From Pseudomonadota bacterium (lineage in GTDB: Bacteria; Pseudomonadota; Alphaproteobacteria; Acetobacterales; Acetobacteraceae): 40,536 bases of DNA. The first letter of the stretch is position 1. Every line of letters starts with the position of its first letter. This document shows positions 1 to 9,143 of the stretch, piece after piece. The stretch is from the NCBI GenBank assembly GCA_021819535.1, contig JAKAQU010000001.1:1-40536 (forward strand), written 5' to 3'. A program made the translations under genes and the position numbers. The notes under the pieces were generated by a model. The model was not told where the DNA came from. It made no database searches and saw only the letters and a program-made list of their open reading frames with translations.

Positions 1-2
1 AT

Positions 3-1952
3 CTGCAGGCGGCGTTGGCCGCCCTTTTCACCTGCATGTGCGACCCGGGCGGGCCGGTCAGCCGGCGGGTGCCGGCGCTGCTCAGCTTCACGTTTCTTGG
101 TGCCGCGACCCTCTGCGGTTTCGGGTTTTTGCGCGGGCTCGGCTATGGTGCCATTCCGCTTGCCTCCCTCGCCATTTTCGCCTTCAGCCTGGCCCGCATC
201 TACGGCCAGGCGGCGCAGCAGGTGGGGGCGCTTGCGACCGTCGTCCTGGTCTTGGCGCTCGATCGCCCCTGGCCGGATGCCGCGACCGCGTTCTGGAGTT
301 CAGCCCTTTTCATCGCCGGTGGCCTGTGGGCGGTGTTGCTCACGCTGGTGATCTGGCGGCTCCATCCCTATCGCCCGACCCGCCGCGCGGTTGCCGAAAT
401 CTATCGCGCGCTCGCCCTTCTCGCCGCCGATCTCCGCCGCCTCCTCGCCGAAGGCGATGCCGCCGCCTGGGAAGTGCATGCAAGATCACATCGGCGCGCG
501 GTGCGGGAAGTCATCGAACAGGCACGCGGCGTGGTGCTGGCGACTTTGCGCCAGCGTGGCGCGCAGAGCCCGCGCGCGGCGCAGAGCCTGATCCGGCTGG
601 AAGCGGCGGAGCAGATCTTCGCCGCCCTCATCGCGCTCGATGAAACCCTGCAATCGGCGCGCGAGCCGGCGCGGCGGCAAGCGGCGTCGAAACTGCTCCG
701 CCGCCTCGCCCCGCTGCTGGCGACACTCGCGACCGGGATCATCCGCGACCGCATCGTCTCGCCCACGCGCATGGCGCAGGTGATCGCGGCGCTGGCAACG
801 CCGGTCGTCGGCCTCGCGCCGGACGATCCGATCTCCCGCATCACCGCCGCCATCGTCGATCGCCTGGCGATCGCGCTCACCGTTACGCTGCCGGCCGGGC
901 TCACCCCCGGCGCTCTCGCAGATGGCACGCCGCCGCCGCTCGGCGTCTGCATCCGCGCCCCGCTGGTCGCCAATCTCGCCGCCGATTCGGCCCCGCTCCG
1001 CCATGCCGCCCGCGCGGCCCTGGTCGCCGCCCCCGCGCTCGCCATCACCTTCTACCATGGCGGCTCCTATCAGCACTGGCTGACCATCACCTTGATTTTG
1101 ACCATGCAGCCCTATTTCGCGACCACCCTGCAACGCGCGCTGGAGCGCATCGCCGGCACCGTCGCCGGCGGCTTCCTCGCCTCGCTGCTGGCGCTCGTGC
1201 TCCATTCCCCCTGGCAGTTCGCCGCAGCCCTGTTCCCGCTCGCCATCGCCGCGATGGCCGTGCGGGTAGCGAGCTTCGGGCTCTACATCACGCTGTTGAC
1301 GCCGCTCATCGTGCTGCTGCTGGAAATCGGCCATGCCGGGACCAGTGGGCTTGAGATCGCCGTCATGCGGGCGCTCTATACGCTGCTCGGCGGGCTGCTC
1401 GCGGTCGCCGGCGCGCTGACTTTGTGGCCGAGCTGGGAGCCCGAGCGCCTGCAGGGCGAGCTTGCGGCAGCGCTATGCGCCCATGCCCGCTATGCCGATG
1501 CGACGCTCGCCGCCCTCCTCGGCCACGGCGATGAGGCTACCGCGGAGGCAGCGCGGCGGCAGGCGGGGATCACCAGCAACAATCTCGAAGCCTCGCTGGC
1601 GCGCGCGCTGCATGAGCCGCGGCGGGGACGGCAGAAGCGGCTCGAAATCGCCTTGGTCATCGATGCCGCGCTCCGGCGTCTGGCCGGGCGGCTGGTGGCG
1701 ATGCGGCTCGCGACATCACCACCCGCACCCGATGATGCGGCGGCGCTCACTTCCTGGCGTGAGTGGATCGGCCAGGCGTTCGACGGCCTCGCCGCCCCCT
1801 CCCCTGCCGTCCCGCCGGCGCCGGCCGCCCCCGGCGATCCGGCACTCGCCGAAGCTCTCGGTCGCATCGCCCGCCAGCTCGACCTCATCGCCGGCGCCCT
1901 TCGGCGGGAAAGAGCTTCTTTTTCTGAAGAAAAAGAAGCAAAAAGACTTTGA
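3..1952 (+). CDS. FUSC/YccS-family inner membrane protein (5'-partial)
   Basis: Frame is open from the window edge. N-terminal TM bundle, long helical cytoplasmic region, second TM block with 'W..IT...TMQP....[12 protein letters not shown]' and 'R..YTLLGG......LWPSWE', typical of FUSC/YccS. Confidence 0.8.
   Translation: MQAALAALFTCMCDPGGPVSRRVPALLSFTFLGAATLCGFGFLRGLGYGAIPLASLAIFAFSLARIYGQAAQQVGALATVVLVLALDRPWPDAATAFWSSALFIAGGLWAVLLTLVIWRLHPYRPTRRAVAEIYRALALLAADLRRLLAEGDAAAWEVHARSHRRAVREVIEQARGVVLATLRQRGAQSPRAAQSLIRLEAAEQIFAALIALDETLQSAREPARRQAASKLLRRLAPLLATLATGIIRDRIVSPTRMAQVIAALATPVVGLAPDDPISRITAAIVDRLAIALTVTLPAGLTPGALADGTPPPLGVCIRAPLVANLAADSAPLRHAARAALVAAPALAITFYHGGSYQHWLTITLILTMQPYFATTLQRALERIAGTVAGGFLASLLALVLHSPWQFAAALFPLAIAAMAVRVASFGLYITLLTPLIVLLLEIGHAGTSGLEIAVMRALYTLLGGLLAVAGALTLWPSWEPERLQGELAAALCAHARYADATLAALLGHGDEATAEAARRQAGITSNNLEASLARALHEPRRGRQKRLEIALVIDAALRRLAGRLVAMRLATSPPAPDDAAALTSWREWIGQAFDGLAAPSPAVPPAPAAPGDPALAEALGRIARQLDLIAGALRRERASFSEEKEAKRL
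1914..1939. repeat. A/T-rich near-perfect palindrome (12-bp arms, 2-nt spacer), REP/MITE-like, overlapping the FUSC 3' end
   Basis: GCTTCTTTTTCT-GA-AGAAAAAGAAGC, followed by AAAAAGACTTT. Sharp composition change relative to the gene. Confidence 0.7.
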
Positions 1953-2088
1953 TCGGAGCGGTGGGCGCGGGGTGATGCGGCACACCCCTTTCAGGACCGC
2001 CATGCCCAGCCCGAACCGCTTTCCCCGGACAGAAGCTCGCCTGACCGCGACGCTTTCGCGAAACGCCCGCCCCGCCTATATAGCCGGC

Positions 2089-2919
2089 ATGGAAGTGCCG
2101 TTCGTGAAAATGCATGGGCTCGGGAACGATTTCGTCGTCATCGACCGGCGTGCCCGCCCGCTTGCCTTGGCACCCGGAATGGCCCGGGAAATCGCCGATC
2201 GCCATCGCGGCATCGGCTGCGATCAGATCATCCTCCTCGACCACGCCGAGGGCGCCGATCTTTTCATGCGCATCCTCAACGCCGATGGCTCGGAGGCCGG
2301 CGCCTGCGGCAATGCGACGCGCTGCATCGCCGAATGGCTGCATCGCGAGAGCGGTATCACGACGCCACTGATCCGCACCCAGGCCGGCGATCTCCCGACC
2401 TGGCGCGAGGCGGATGGGCGGATCGGTGTCGATATGGGCGCGCCCCGCCTCGCCTGGGACGAGATCCCGCTCGCCCGCCCGCTCGATACCCTGCACCTGC
2501 CGCTGGCATGGGGCCCGCTCGCCGATCCGGCGGCATGCAGCATGGGCAATCCGCACGCGACATTTTTCGCGACCGCGGTCGAGGCGTTGCCGATCGCCGA
2601 ACTCGGCCCGGCGCTGGAGGGCGATCCGCTGTTCCCAGAGCGCGCCAATATCGGGATCGCCGAAATCCTCTCGCGACGTAGGATCCGCCTCATCGTCTGG
2701 GAGCGCGGGGCCGGGCGCACGCTCGCCTGCGGCTCGGGAGCCTCGGCCGCCCTCGTCAATGCCCATCGCCGCGGACTGGCCGAGCGCTGCGCGACCCTCC
2801 TCCTCGATGGCGGCGAGATCGACATCGCCTGGCGCGAGGCGGATGGCCACGTCCTGATGACCGGCCCCGCCGCGATCGCTTTCGAGGGCACGATGACGCT
2901 CGCCGATCGCCCCGCATGA
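2089..2919 (+). CDS. dapF: Diaminopimelate epimerase
   Basis: [56 protein letters not shown]. Likely start is ATG at 2089 (MEVPF), not 1462. Confidence 0.97.
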   Translation: MEVPFVKMHGLGNDFVVIDRRARPLALAPGMAREIADRHRGIGCDQIILLDHAEGADLFMRILNADGSEAGACGNATRCIAEWLHRESGITTPLIRTQAGDLPTWREADGRIGVDMGAPRLAWDEIPLARPLDTLHLPLAWGPLADPAACSMGNPHATFFATAVEALPIAELGPALEGDPLFPERANIGIAEILSRRRIRLIVWERGAGRTLACGSGASAALVNAHRRGLAERCATLLLDGGEIDIAWREADGHVLMTGPAAIAFEGTMTLADRPA

Positions 2920-4145
2920 GCGCCGAGATCATCACCTTCGGCTGCCGCCTCAACGCCTATGAGAGCGAGGTGATGCGCGGCCATGCCGCCGGGCTCGATG
3001 ATACCGTCATCGTCAATACCTGCGCCGTTACCGCCGAGGCCGAGCGCCAGGCGCGCCAGGCGATAAGAAGGCTCGCGCGCACGCGGCCGGGGGCGCGCAT
3101 CATCGTCACCGGCTGCGCGGTGCAGACCGATCCCGCCCTCTGGGCGACGCTTCCCGGGGTCGCGCAAGTGCTCGGCAATGTCGAAAAACTGCGTCCCGAA
3201 AGCTTCCGCCGCGATGCCCCGAGCGCGGTCTCCGATATCATGGCGGCGCGGGAGACGGCGGCGCATCTGGTTCGCGACTTCGCCGGCCGCACCCGCGCCT
3301 TCCTCCAGATGCAGCAGGGTTGCGATCACCGCTGCACCTTCTGCATCATCCCCTTTGGCCGCGGCCCGAGCCGGAGTGTGGCACTCGGCACGCTGGTCGA
3401 TGAGGCGCGGGCGCAGGTGGCGGCGGGGTATCGCGAAATCGTCCTGACCGGCGTCGATATCGCGAGCTACGGGCGCGATCTACCGGGGCGGCCGCCGCTC
3501 GGCCAGGCGGTGCGGCGCCTTCTCGCCCTGGTCCCGGAATTGCCGCGGCTTCGCCTCTCCTCGCTCGACCCGGCGGCGATCGATGATGATCTCTGGCGCC
3601 TGATCGCCGAAGAGCCGCGACTGATGCCCCATCTCCATCTTTCGCTCCAGGCGGGATGCGATCTCATCCTCAAGCGCATGAAACGCCGCCACTCGCGCGC
3701 CGAGGCCAAAGCCGTGATCGCGCGCGCGCGCTCACTCCGGCCCGGGATCGCGATCGGCGCCGATCTCATCGCCGGCTTCCCGACCGAGGATGAGACGCTG
3801 TTCGCCGAAACCCTCGCCTTCGTGCGCGAGGCGGAGATCCCGTTTCTCCACGTTTTCCCCTACAGCGCCCGCCGCGAAACGCCGGCCGCGCGGATGCCGC
3901 AAATCCCGCCCCCCCTCCGGCGTGAGCGGGCATCCCTTTTGCGCGCGGCGGGAAAGACGGCGCTTTCCGTGTTTTTGGCGACGAAAACCGGGACCGAGGC
4001 GCGGGTTCTGGTGGAAACCGAAGGTGAGGGAATGTCCGAGCATTTCGCGCGCGTGCGCCTCTCCCGGCCGGCGCCGCCGGGGACGCTCCTGACCACGCGC
4101 ATCACCGGTGCCGGCAGCGATCACCTTCGCGCCGAGGTGCCCTGA
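2916..4145 (+). CDS. mtaB: tRNA t6A37 methylthiotransferase MtaB (radical SAM, MiaB-like)
   Basis: [31 protein letters not shown] (CxxxCxxC), IAGFPTE, HVFPYS. Conserved dapF-mtaB-ftsY order; ATGA overlap with dapF. Confidence 0.93.
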   Translation: MSAEIITFGCRLNAYESEVMRGHAAGLDDTVIVNTCAVTAEAERQARQAIRRLARTRPGARIIVTGCAVQTDPALWATLPGVAQVLGNVEKLRPESFRRDAPSAVSDIMAARETAAHLVRDFAGRTRAFLQMQQGCDHRCTFCIIPFGRGPSRSVALGTLVDEARAQVAAGYREIVLTGVDIASYGRDLPGRPPLGQAVRRLLALVPELPRLRLSSLDPAAIDDDLWRLIAEEPRLMPHLHLSLQAGCDLILKRMKRRHSRAEAKAVIARARSLRPGIAIGADLIAGFPTEDETLFAETLAFVREAEIPFLHVFPYSARRETPAARMPQIPPPLRRERASLLRAAGKTALSVFLATKTGTEARVLVETEGEGMSEHFARVRLSRPAPPGTLLTTRITGAGSDHLRAEVP

Positions 4146-5062
4146 TGGCGCTCGGTTTTCTCTCGCGCCTCAAGGATGGGCTCGCCCGCAGCACGCAGAA
4201 GCTCACCAATGGGCTCGCCTCCGTACTCACCCGGCGCAAGCTCGATGACGAGGCGCTCGCCGACCTCGAGGATCTCCTGATCACGGCCGATCTCGGCCCG
4301 CAGGCGGCAGGCCGAGTGATCGCCGCGTTTCGGCGCACGCGCTTTGGCAAGGATATCGCCGAGGAAGAAATCAAGACCGCGCTCGCGGGCGAAATCGCGG
4401 CCATTCTCGCCCCGGTCGCCCGCCCGCTGCTCCCCGACCCTGCCCGCCATCCGCATGTCGTTCTCGTCGTCGGCGTCAATGGCACCGGCAAGACGACGAC
4501 GATCGGCAAGCTCGCACTCGCCTGGCGCGAGGGCGGGCTGCAGCCGATGCTGGTCGCCGGCGACACGTTCCGCGCCGCCGCCGTCGAGCAGCTCGAAATC
4601 TGGGGCGAGCGGGTGGGCGCGCCGGTGATCAAGGGGGCGGCCGGGGCCGATGCCGCCGGCCTTGCTTTCGAGGCGCTCGCGCGCGCGCGCGCCGAGGGCG
4701 CCGATGTTTTGCTGATCGACACCGCCGGGCGGCTCCACAACAAATCGGCGCTGATGGAGGAATTGCGCAAGATCATCCGCGTCCTCCGCAAACAGGACGA
4801 AACGGCGCCGCATGCGGTGGTCCTGGTGCTCGATGCCACCACCGGCCAGAACGCGATCGAGCAGGTGCGCGTGTTCAAGGAGATGGTCGATGTCAGCGGG
4901 CTGATCGTGACCAAGCTCGACGGCAGCGCGCGTGGCGGGGTCGTGGTCGCGCTCGCCGAGACCTTCGGCCTGCCGGTCCATGCGCTCGGGGTCGGCGAGC
5001 GGGCCGGCGATCTCCGCGCCTTCGACCCGGAGGCCTTTGCCGCGAGCCTCGTCGGCCTCTGA
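4145..5062 (+). CDS. ftsY: Signal recognition particle receptor FtsY
   Basis: GVNGTGKTTTIGKLA, DTFRAAAVEQL, DTAGRLH, DATTGQN, TKLDGSARGG, GVGE. Confidence 0.97.
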   Translation: MALGFLSRLKDGLARSTQKLTNGLASVLTRRKLDDEALADLEDLLITADLGPQAAGRVIAAFRRTRFGKDIAEEEIKTALAGEIAAILAPVARPLLPDPARHPHVVLVVGVNGTGKTTTIGKLALAWREGGLQPMLVAGDTFRAAAVEQLEIWGERVGAPVIKGAAGADAAGLAFEALARARAEGADVLLIDTAGRLHNKSALMEELRKIIRVLRKQDETAPHAVVLVLDATTGQNAIEQVRVFKEMVDVSGLIVTKLDGSARGGVVVALAETFGLPVHALGVGERAGDLRAFDPEAFAASLVGL

Positions 5063-5094
5063 CGCGCCGGCCCGGCGAGCCCCCGCGGACGCGC

Positions 5095-5170
5095 TCAGTG
5101 CCCGCCGGTGCGCGCGCTGATCAGCCGCTCGGCGAGCACGGCGGCGATGATGATGCCGCCGATCGCCGAG
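5095..5170 (-). repeat. 76-bp direct repeat copy 1: displaced duplicate of the 3' end of the sugar ABC permease gene
   Basis: TCAGTGCCCGCCGGTGCGCGCGCTGATCAGCC...GATCGCCGAG matches 6214-6289 at 75/76 positions and includes the stop codon. Confidence 0.95.
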
Positions 5171-5193
5171 TCATGAGAAAGACTGAGGCATTC

Positions 5194-5805
5194 TCAGCGA
5201 TCATCGACACGAGGTTTATCCCCTTCGGCACGTATTTCGGCAAGAATTTGCTCGGCGGTTTCGTTCGTTTTGTAGTTTTTTCTTCGTAACCACCACTGAC
5301 TCCATGCAATGGCTGTTGCGACCAGAAAGCCTATGAATACAATAATTTCACCTAAGGCAAGCGCGATAGTTCTTTTCATCTGATCCGACGAAAAGACGAC
5401 GTAAAAACCATCAAATACGCCGGGAATCGAACCTACTAGGCCAGATACCGCTGCCGATACGAAAGAACTTGGAGTTGGAAGTTCACGAGGAGCCTTGGCT
5501 AGCCTTTTAAGATCAGAATCAGAAACATAACGAATGACCAAAGATTCTGGCGCTCTGTGATCCAAACGTATTTTTTGCCGGCGATTAGATGATGAACGAA
5601 CATTTGGACGATTCTCGGCTAAATGTTCTGGATCGATAGGAGAATTTTTCTCATTACTGACTTCTGAAGATGGTTCATTCTCATCAAAAGAGTCTTCAGA
5701 TAAAATTTTACCTGTGGAGTGATGTATATCTTGGGCGGACTGTTTGTGGGCAGTCACAATATCTATGTCAGCAGACTTGTCCTTTGGATCATCATGAGCG
5801 GACAT
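5194..5805 (-). CDS. Hypothetical membrane protein (203 aa): acidic/low-complexity N-terminus, two C-terminal hydrophobic segments, basic/charged tail
   Basis: Long ORF in AT-rich DNA. ATG at 5805 lies 10 nt after the stop of the upstream ORF. TM-like segments FVSAAVSGLVGSIPGVFDGFYVVF and IALALGEIIVFIGFLVATAIAW. Confidence 0.7.
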   Translation of the reverse strand: MSAHDDPKDKSADIDIVTAHKQSAQDIHHSTGKILSEDSFDENEPSSEVSNEKNSPIDPEHLAENRPNVRSSSNRRQKIRLDHRAPESLVIRYVSDSDLKRLAKAPRELPTPSSFVSAAVSGLVGSIPGVFDGFYVVFSSDQMKRTIALALGEIIVFIGFLVATAIAWSQWWLRRKNYKTNETAEQILAEIRAEGDKPRVDDR

Positions 5806-5815
5806 AAGAGCCTGT

Positions 5816-6115
5816 CTATTCCAAAGTAGGCTCAGATTCGTCTTGAACTTCTTCTCTCTCCAACTCGGCAACGAGCCGCGAGAGATGGCGAATTAACGAT
5901 TTGATATCTGAAAGAGGCATTACCACGGCGCTTCGATAGAACGGTCTATATTCGCGGCCCACATAGTCGCCAAAGACGATGCGTACCATCTTGCATTCTC
6001 GTATGATGCTCGTCGAGAAGGTATCGCAGTAATGAGCAGGCACCTGAAGCCAGGAATTTTCTGGGTCACTTTCCGGGGCTTTCCGGAGTTTTCGTTTTGA
6101 TATCGTTTCTGACAT
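5816..6115 (-). CDS. Hypothetical protein (99 aa), loosely DUF3467-like beta-beta-alpha pattern
   Basis: ATG preceded by AGAAGGG. Pattern 'P..YCD.F....VRIVFG......Y...AVVMP....KSLIRHL' recalls DUF3467-type small proteins (by eye only). Confidence 0.65.
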   Translation of the reverse strand: MSETISKRKLRKAPESDPENSWLQVPAHYCDTFSTSIIRECKMVRIVFGDYVGREYRPFYRSAVVMPLSDIKSLIRHLSRLVAELEREEVQDESEPTLE

Positions 6116-6142
6116 AACAAAACCCTTCTGTTATTAAGAATA

Positions 6143-6172
6143 ATTTTTGCTTTGGAGTTGCCATCTGGTCAA
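6143..6172 (-). promoter_or_regulatory. Putative sigma70 promoter for the islet genes
   Basis: Minus strand TTGACC-N18-AAAAAT, ending about 27 nt upstream of ATG 6115, with an AT-rich leader. Confidence 0.35.
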
Positions 6173-6213
6173 GTCAGAAGAAGTGCAGCGCATGAGAGAG
6201 TCGATAAATCCCT

Positions 6214-6289
6214 TCAGCGCCCGCCGGTGCGCGCGCTGATCAGCCGCTCGGCGAGCACGGCGGCGATGATGATGCCGCCGATCGCCGAG
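6214..6289 (-). repeat. 76-bp direct repeat copy 2: current 3' end of the permease gene
   Basis: Matches 5095-5170 except C6218 vs T5099 (last codon Arg vs His). Confidence 0.95.
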
Positions 6290-7194
6290 CCCTGCCAGAA
6301 CGGCGAGACGCCGAGCAGGTTGAGGCCGTTCCTGATCATCACCATGATGAAAACGCCGATGAAAGTGCCGATGATCGACCCCCGCCCGCCCGCGAGCGAA
6401 GCCCCGCCGATGACCACGGCGGCGATGGCGTCGAGTTCGAGCGCTGTGCCGGCCAGGGGATCGATGGAGAGGATCTGCGCCGACAGCAAAACCCCGGCGA
6501 CGGCGGCGAGCGCGCCCGAGACGACATAGGGAAGGATGCTGTAGGCGAGCACGTTGAGGCCGGCGGCGCGCGCTGCCTCGCGGTTCGAGCCGATGGCATA
6601 GATGGTCCGCCCGCCCTTGGTGAAGGTGAGATAGAGCCAGGCCAGAACGTAGAGCGCGATGAGTGTTGCGACGTTGGAGGGAACGCCGAGGATCGGCGTA
6701 TAGACGAGATCGTTGAAGCCGGGCGGGAGATCGGAGATCGAGTTCTGGCCGGAGAAGATATAGGCGAGGCTGCGCCCGATCGCCATCACGCCCAAGGTGA
6801 CGACGAAGGAGGCGAGGCCGAAGCGCGCGACCAGGATGCCGGAAAAAAGGCCGATCCCGGCGCCGATGGCGATGGCGACGAGAACGCCGCCGAGAATGCC
6901 GCCATGCGGCATCGCGAGTCCCATCAAAACCGCCGTGACGCCGAGCACCGAGCCCACCGAAAGATCGATCCCGCCGGTCAGGATGACGAAGCTCATCCCG
7001 GCCGAGACGATGCCGGTCACCACTGATTGGTCAAGAAGATTGAGGAGATTGTTGGTTTGCAGGAAAAACGGCGAGGCGAGCGAGAGGGCGGCGAAAACGA
7101 TGAGGGCGAGGCCGAACATCCGCACTTCGAGGCGGGTTGCAAGGCGCGCCCATCCGCGCCGGGCGAGGCTGTCTGACATCTGCAAAAATCTCAC
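6214..7194 (-). CDS. Sugar ABC transporter permease (RbsC family)
   Basis: GMSFVILTGGIDLSVGS, FVVTLG, GR.IYAIGSN..AA..AG, ELDAIAAVVIGGASL.GG.GSI.GT..G. Start is GTG 7194 (GTGA overlap) or ATG 7179. Confidence 0.93.
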   Translation of the reverse strand: MRFLQMSDSLARRGWARLATRLEVRMFGLALIVFAALSLASPFFLQTNNLLNLLDQSVVTGIVSAGMSFVILTGGIDLSVGSVLGVTAVLMGLAMPHGGILGGVLVAIAIGAGIGLFSGILVARFGLASFVVTLGVMAIGRSLAYIFSGQNSISDLPPGFNDLVYTPILGVPSNVATLIALYVLAWLYLTFTKGGRTIYAIGSNREAARAAGLNVLAYSILPYVVSGALAAVAGVLLSAQILSIDPLAGTALELDAIAAVVIGGASLAGGRGSIIGTFIGVFIMVMIRNGLNLLGVSPFWQGSAIGGIIIAAVLAERLISARTGGR

Positions 7195-9143
7195 ATCTGA
7201 CGGGAAACGAGGTCAGCGACGCGCCGGGTGATCGCTGTAGCGTCGGGCAGGCCAAGGGCGTCGGGCAGGCCAAGGGCGTCGGGCAGGCCGGGGCCGGCGA
7301 GCGAAAGCCCGATCACGCCGAAATCATGGCCGCGATGGCCGCGCATCGGCACCAGAAGGGTGTGGCGATCGCCATCCGCCTCGGCAACGAAGCGCGCCTG
7401 CGCCGCGTCGAGTGCCGCCTTGATCCGGGTTTCGCCGAATAACGGTGTCGCGCCGGCGGCAAATCCCGGATCAGCCGGCGCGCTCACGCCGGCGCGGGCG
7501 AGGCAAAAGAGCCGCCCGCCGTCAAGGAGCGCCCAGAACGCGACCCCCCCGGTTTCGGCCGCCAGCTCGCTGAGGAATTGCCCCGTCGCCGCCATCGAGC
7601 TGCGTGGCGCGGCAAACAGCGTGAGTTTGGCCTCGTCGAGGACCGCACTCGGCATCTCGGCGATGGTGGCGCCGTCGCTGATGACGACGATGCGCGAACA
7701 AAGCCCGAGCAATTCCTCGAAATCGGAGGAGACGACGAGGATCGCGGTGCCGGCGTCGGCGGCCTCGCGCAGCATGGCGTAGATCGCCTGGCGCGTGCCG
7801 ATATCGACGCCCTTGGTCGGCTCGTCGAGCAAAAGCACGCGTGGCTCCAGCAGCAGCCAGCGGGCGAGGATGATCTTCTGCTGCATGCCGCCCGAGAAAT
7901 TCAGCATATTGGCATCGAGCAGGCGCTCGGCTGGCAGATCGAGCGTCTTGAGGAGGGCGCGAATACGTGCCTCGCGCGTCCGATAGCCGAGGCCGAAGCC
8001 GCGATGCGCCGAAAGATGGCCGAGGAGGAGATTTTCCCGCACCGAGAAATCGGGGACGATGCTCTGGCCGCGCCGATCCTCGGGCACGAAGGCTATTCCG
8101 GCGCGGATGGCGGCACGCGGATGGCGTGGCGCGAATGGCCGGCCGGAAAGCAGAACCTCGCCGCCCTGGCGCGGGCGAAGGCCGAATAGAGCCTCGAGCG
8201 TCTCCGATCGCCCGGCGCCGACCAGCCCGCCAAGGCCGAGGATTTCGCCGCGATGAAGCGAAAACGAGACATCGCGCACCATCGGCGCCGCCGCCAGATG
8301 GCGCGCGGTGAGCACCGAGGCGGTCGTGATATCGGCGGCGCGATGGTGATGAATGCGCCCGAGTTCCTGGCCGACCATGAGGCGCACGATATCGGCCTGG
8401 CTCAGGCTCGCGGTCGGCAGGGCGGCGGCGACCGTCCGCCCCTCGCGCATCACGCTGACGCGGTCGGTGATCGCGAGTACTTCCTCTAGTCGGTGCGAGA
8501 CGAAGATCAGGCCGTGGCCGGCGGCGCGCAGCCGCGCCATGACATCGAACAGCCGCTCGACCTCGCCCGGGCTCAAGGACGCGGTCGGCTCGTCGAAAAT
8601 GATCAGCGCGGCATCGACGGCGAGCGCCTTGGCGATTTCGACCAGTTGGCGTTGTGCCGCCGAAAGCCTGCGGATTTCGGCCCCGAGCGGCAATGTTTCG
8701 GCCTGGCCGAGATTTCCGAGGATCGAGAGCGCCTCCGCCCGCCGCGCCCGGAGCGAGAGCCATCCCGGGCGGGCGAGATCGGGGAGAAAGATGTTTTCGA
8801 GCACCGTCAAATCGGGGGCGAGGCTGGTTTCCTGCAACACCATGCCGATCCCGGCCTCGATCGCCGCCCGCGGGCCGGCGGGGTCGAACGGCTTGCCACG
8901 CCACAGCAACTCGCCGCGATCGCGCCGGACATGGCCCGAGATCACCCGTGAGAGGGTGGATTTGCCGGCGCCATTGGCCCCGAGCAGGCCATGCACCTCG
9001 CCGGCGGCGAGCGCGAAATCGGCCCCGGCGAGAGCGCGCGTCGGGCCGAAGTTTTTTTCGATCCCGCGGGCCGAGAGGAGCAGCGCCTCACCCGCCGGCG
9101 GCGGAGAGAGCGGCAGAGCGCCCTCCCCGCCCCGCCCCGCCAT
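7191..9143 (-). CDS. Sugar ABC transporter ATP-binding protein (RbsA-type, two NBDs) with ~140-aa C-terminal extension
   Basis: GANGAGKST, IFDEPT, FVSHRL, GLVGAGRSE, PEDRR, FSGGMQQK, LDEPTKGVDIG, VSSDFEEL, then an extra domain. Confidence 0.92.
   Translation of the reverse strand: MAGRGGEGALPLSPPPAGEALLLSARGIEKNFGPTRALAGADFALAAGEVHGLLGANGAGKSTLSRVISGHVRRDRGELLWRGKPFDPAGPRAAIEAGIGMVLQETSLAPDLTVLENIFLPDLARPGWLSLRARRAEALSILGNLGQAETLPLGAEIRRLSAAQRQLVEIAKALAVDAALIIFDEPTASLSPGEVERLFDVMARLRAAGHGLIFVSHRLEEVLAITDRVSVMREGRTVAAALPTASLSQADIVRLMVGQELGRIHHHRAADITTASVLTARHLAAAPMVRDVSFSLHRGEILGLGGLVGAGRSETLEALFGLRPRQGGEVLLSGRPFAPRHPRAAIRAGIAFVPEDRRGQSIVPDFSVRENLLLGHLSAHRGFGLGYRTREARIRALLKTLDLPAERLLDANMLNFSGGMQQKIILARWLLLEPRVLLLDEPTKGVDIGTRQAIYAMLREAADAGTAILVVSSDFEELLGLCSRIVVISDGATIAEMPSAVLDEAKLTLFAAPRSSMAATGQFLSELAAETGGVAFWALLDGGRLFCLARAGVSAPADPGFAAGATPLFGETRIKAALDAAQARFVAEADGDRHTLLVPMRGHRGHDFGVIGLSLAGPGLPDALGLPDALGLPDATAITRRVADLVSRQM
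7240..7289. repeat. 18-bp in-frame tandem repeat, about 2.8 copies (GLPDAL repeats)
   Basis: GCGTCGGGCAGGCCAAGG twice, then GCGTCGGGCAGGCC. Confidence 0.9.

Larger units (their letters stand above)
5095..6289. mobile_element. Small low-GC genomic islet inserted at the 3' end of the permease gene, flanked by 76-bp direct repeats, no integrase
   Basis: Direct repeats 1119 bp apart. Interior 5171-6213 is AT-rich (three 60-nt lines counted by hand gave 33-50% GC) against clearly GC-richer flanks. Confidence 0.75.

Noticed and set aside
1462-2088. 209-aa N-terminal extension of DapF in the ORF track
   Set aside because: Overlaps the FUSC gene in another frame and is Arg/Pro-rich noise. DapF homology starts at ATG 2089.
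5172-6204. CATGAGA heptamer near both inner ends of the islet (5172 and 6191)
   Set aside because: Too short and asymmetrically placed to call a recombination site.
5095-6289. Repeat pair as CRISPR, IS target-site duplication or DGR template/variable repeat
   Set aside because: Only two copies and no spacers. 76 bp is too long for an IS target duplication and there are no terminal inverted repeats or transposase. One mismatch and no reverse transcriptase in the window, so a DGR is unsupported.
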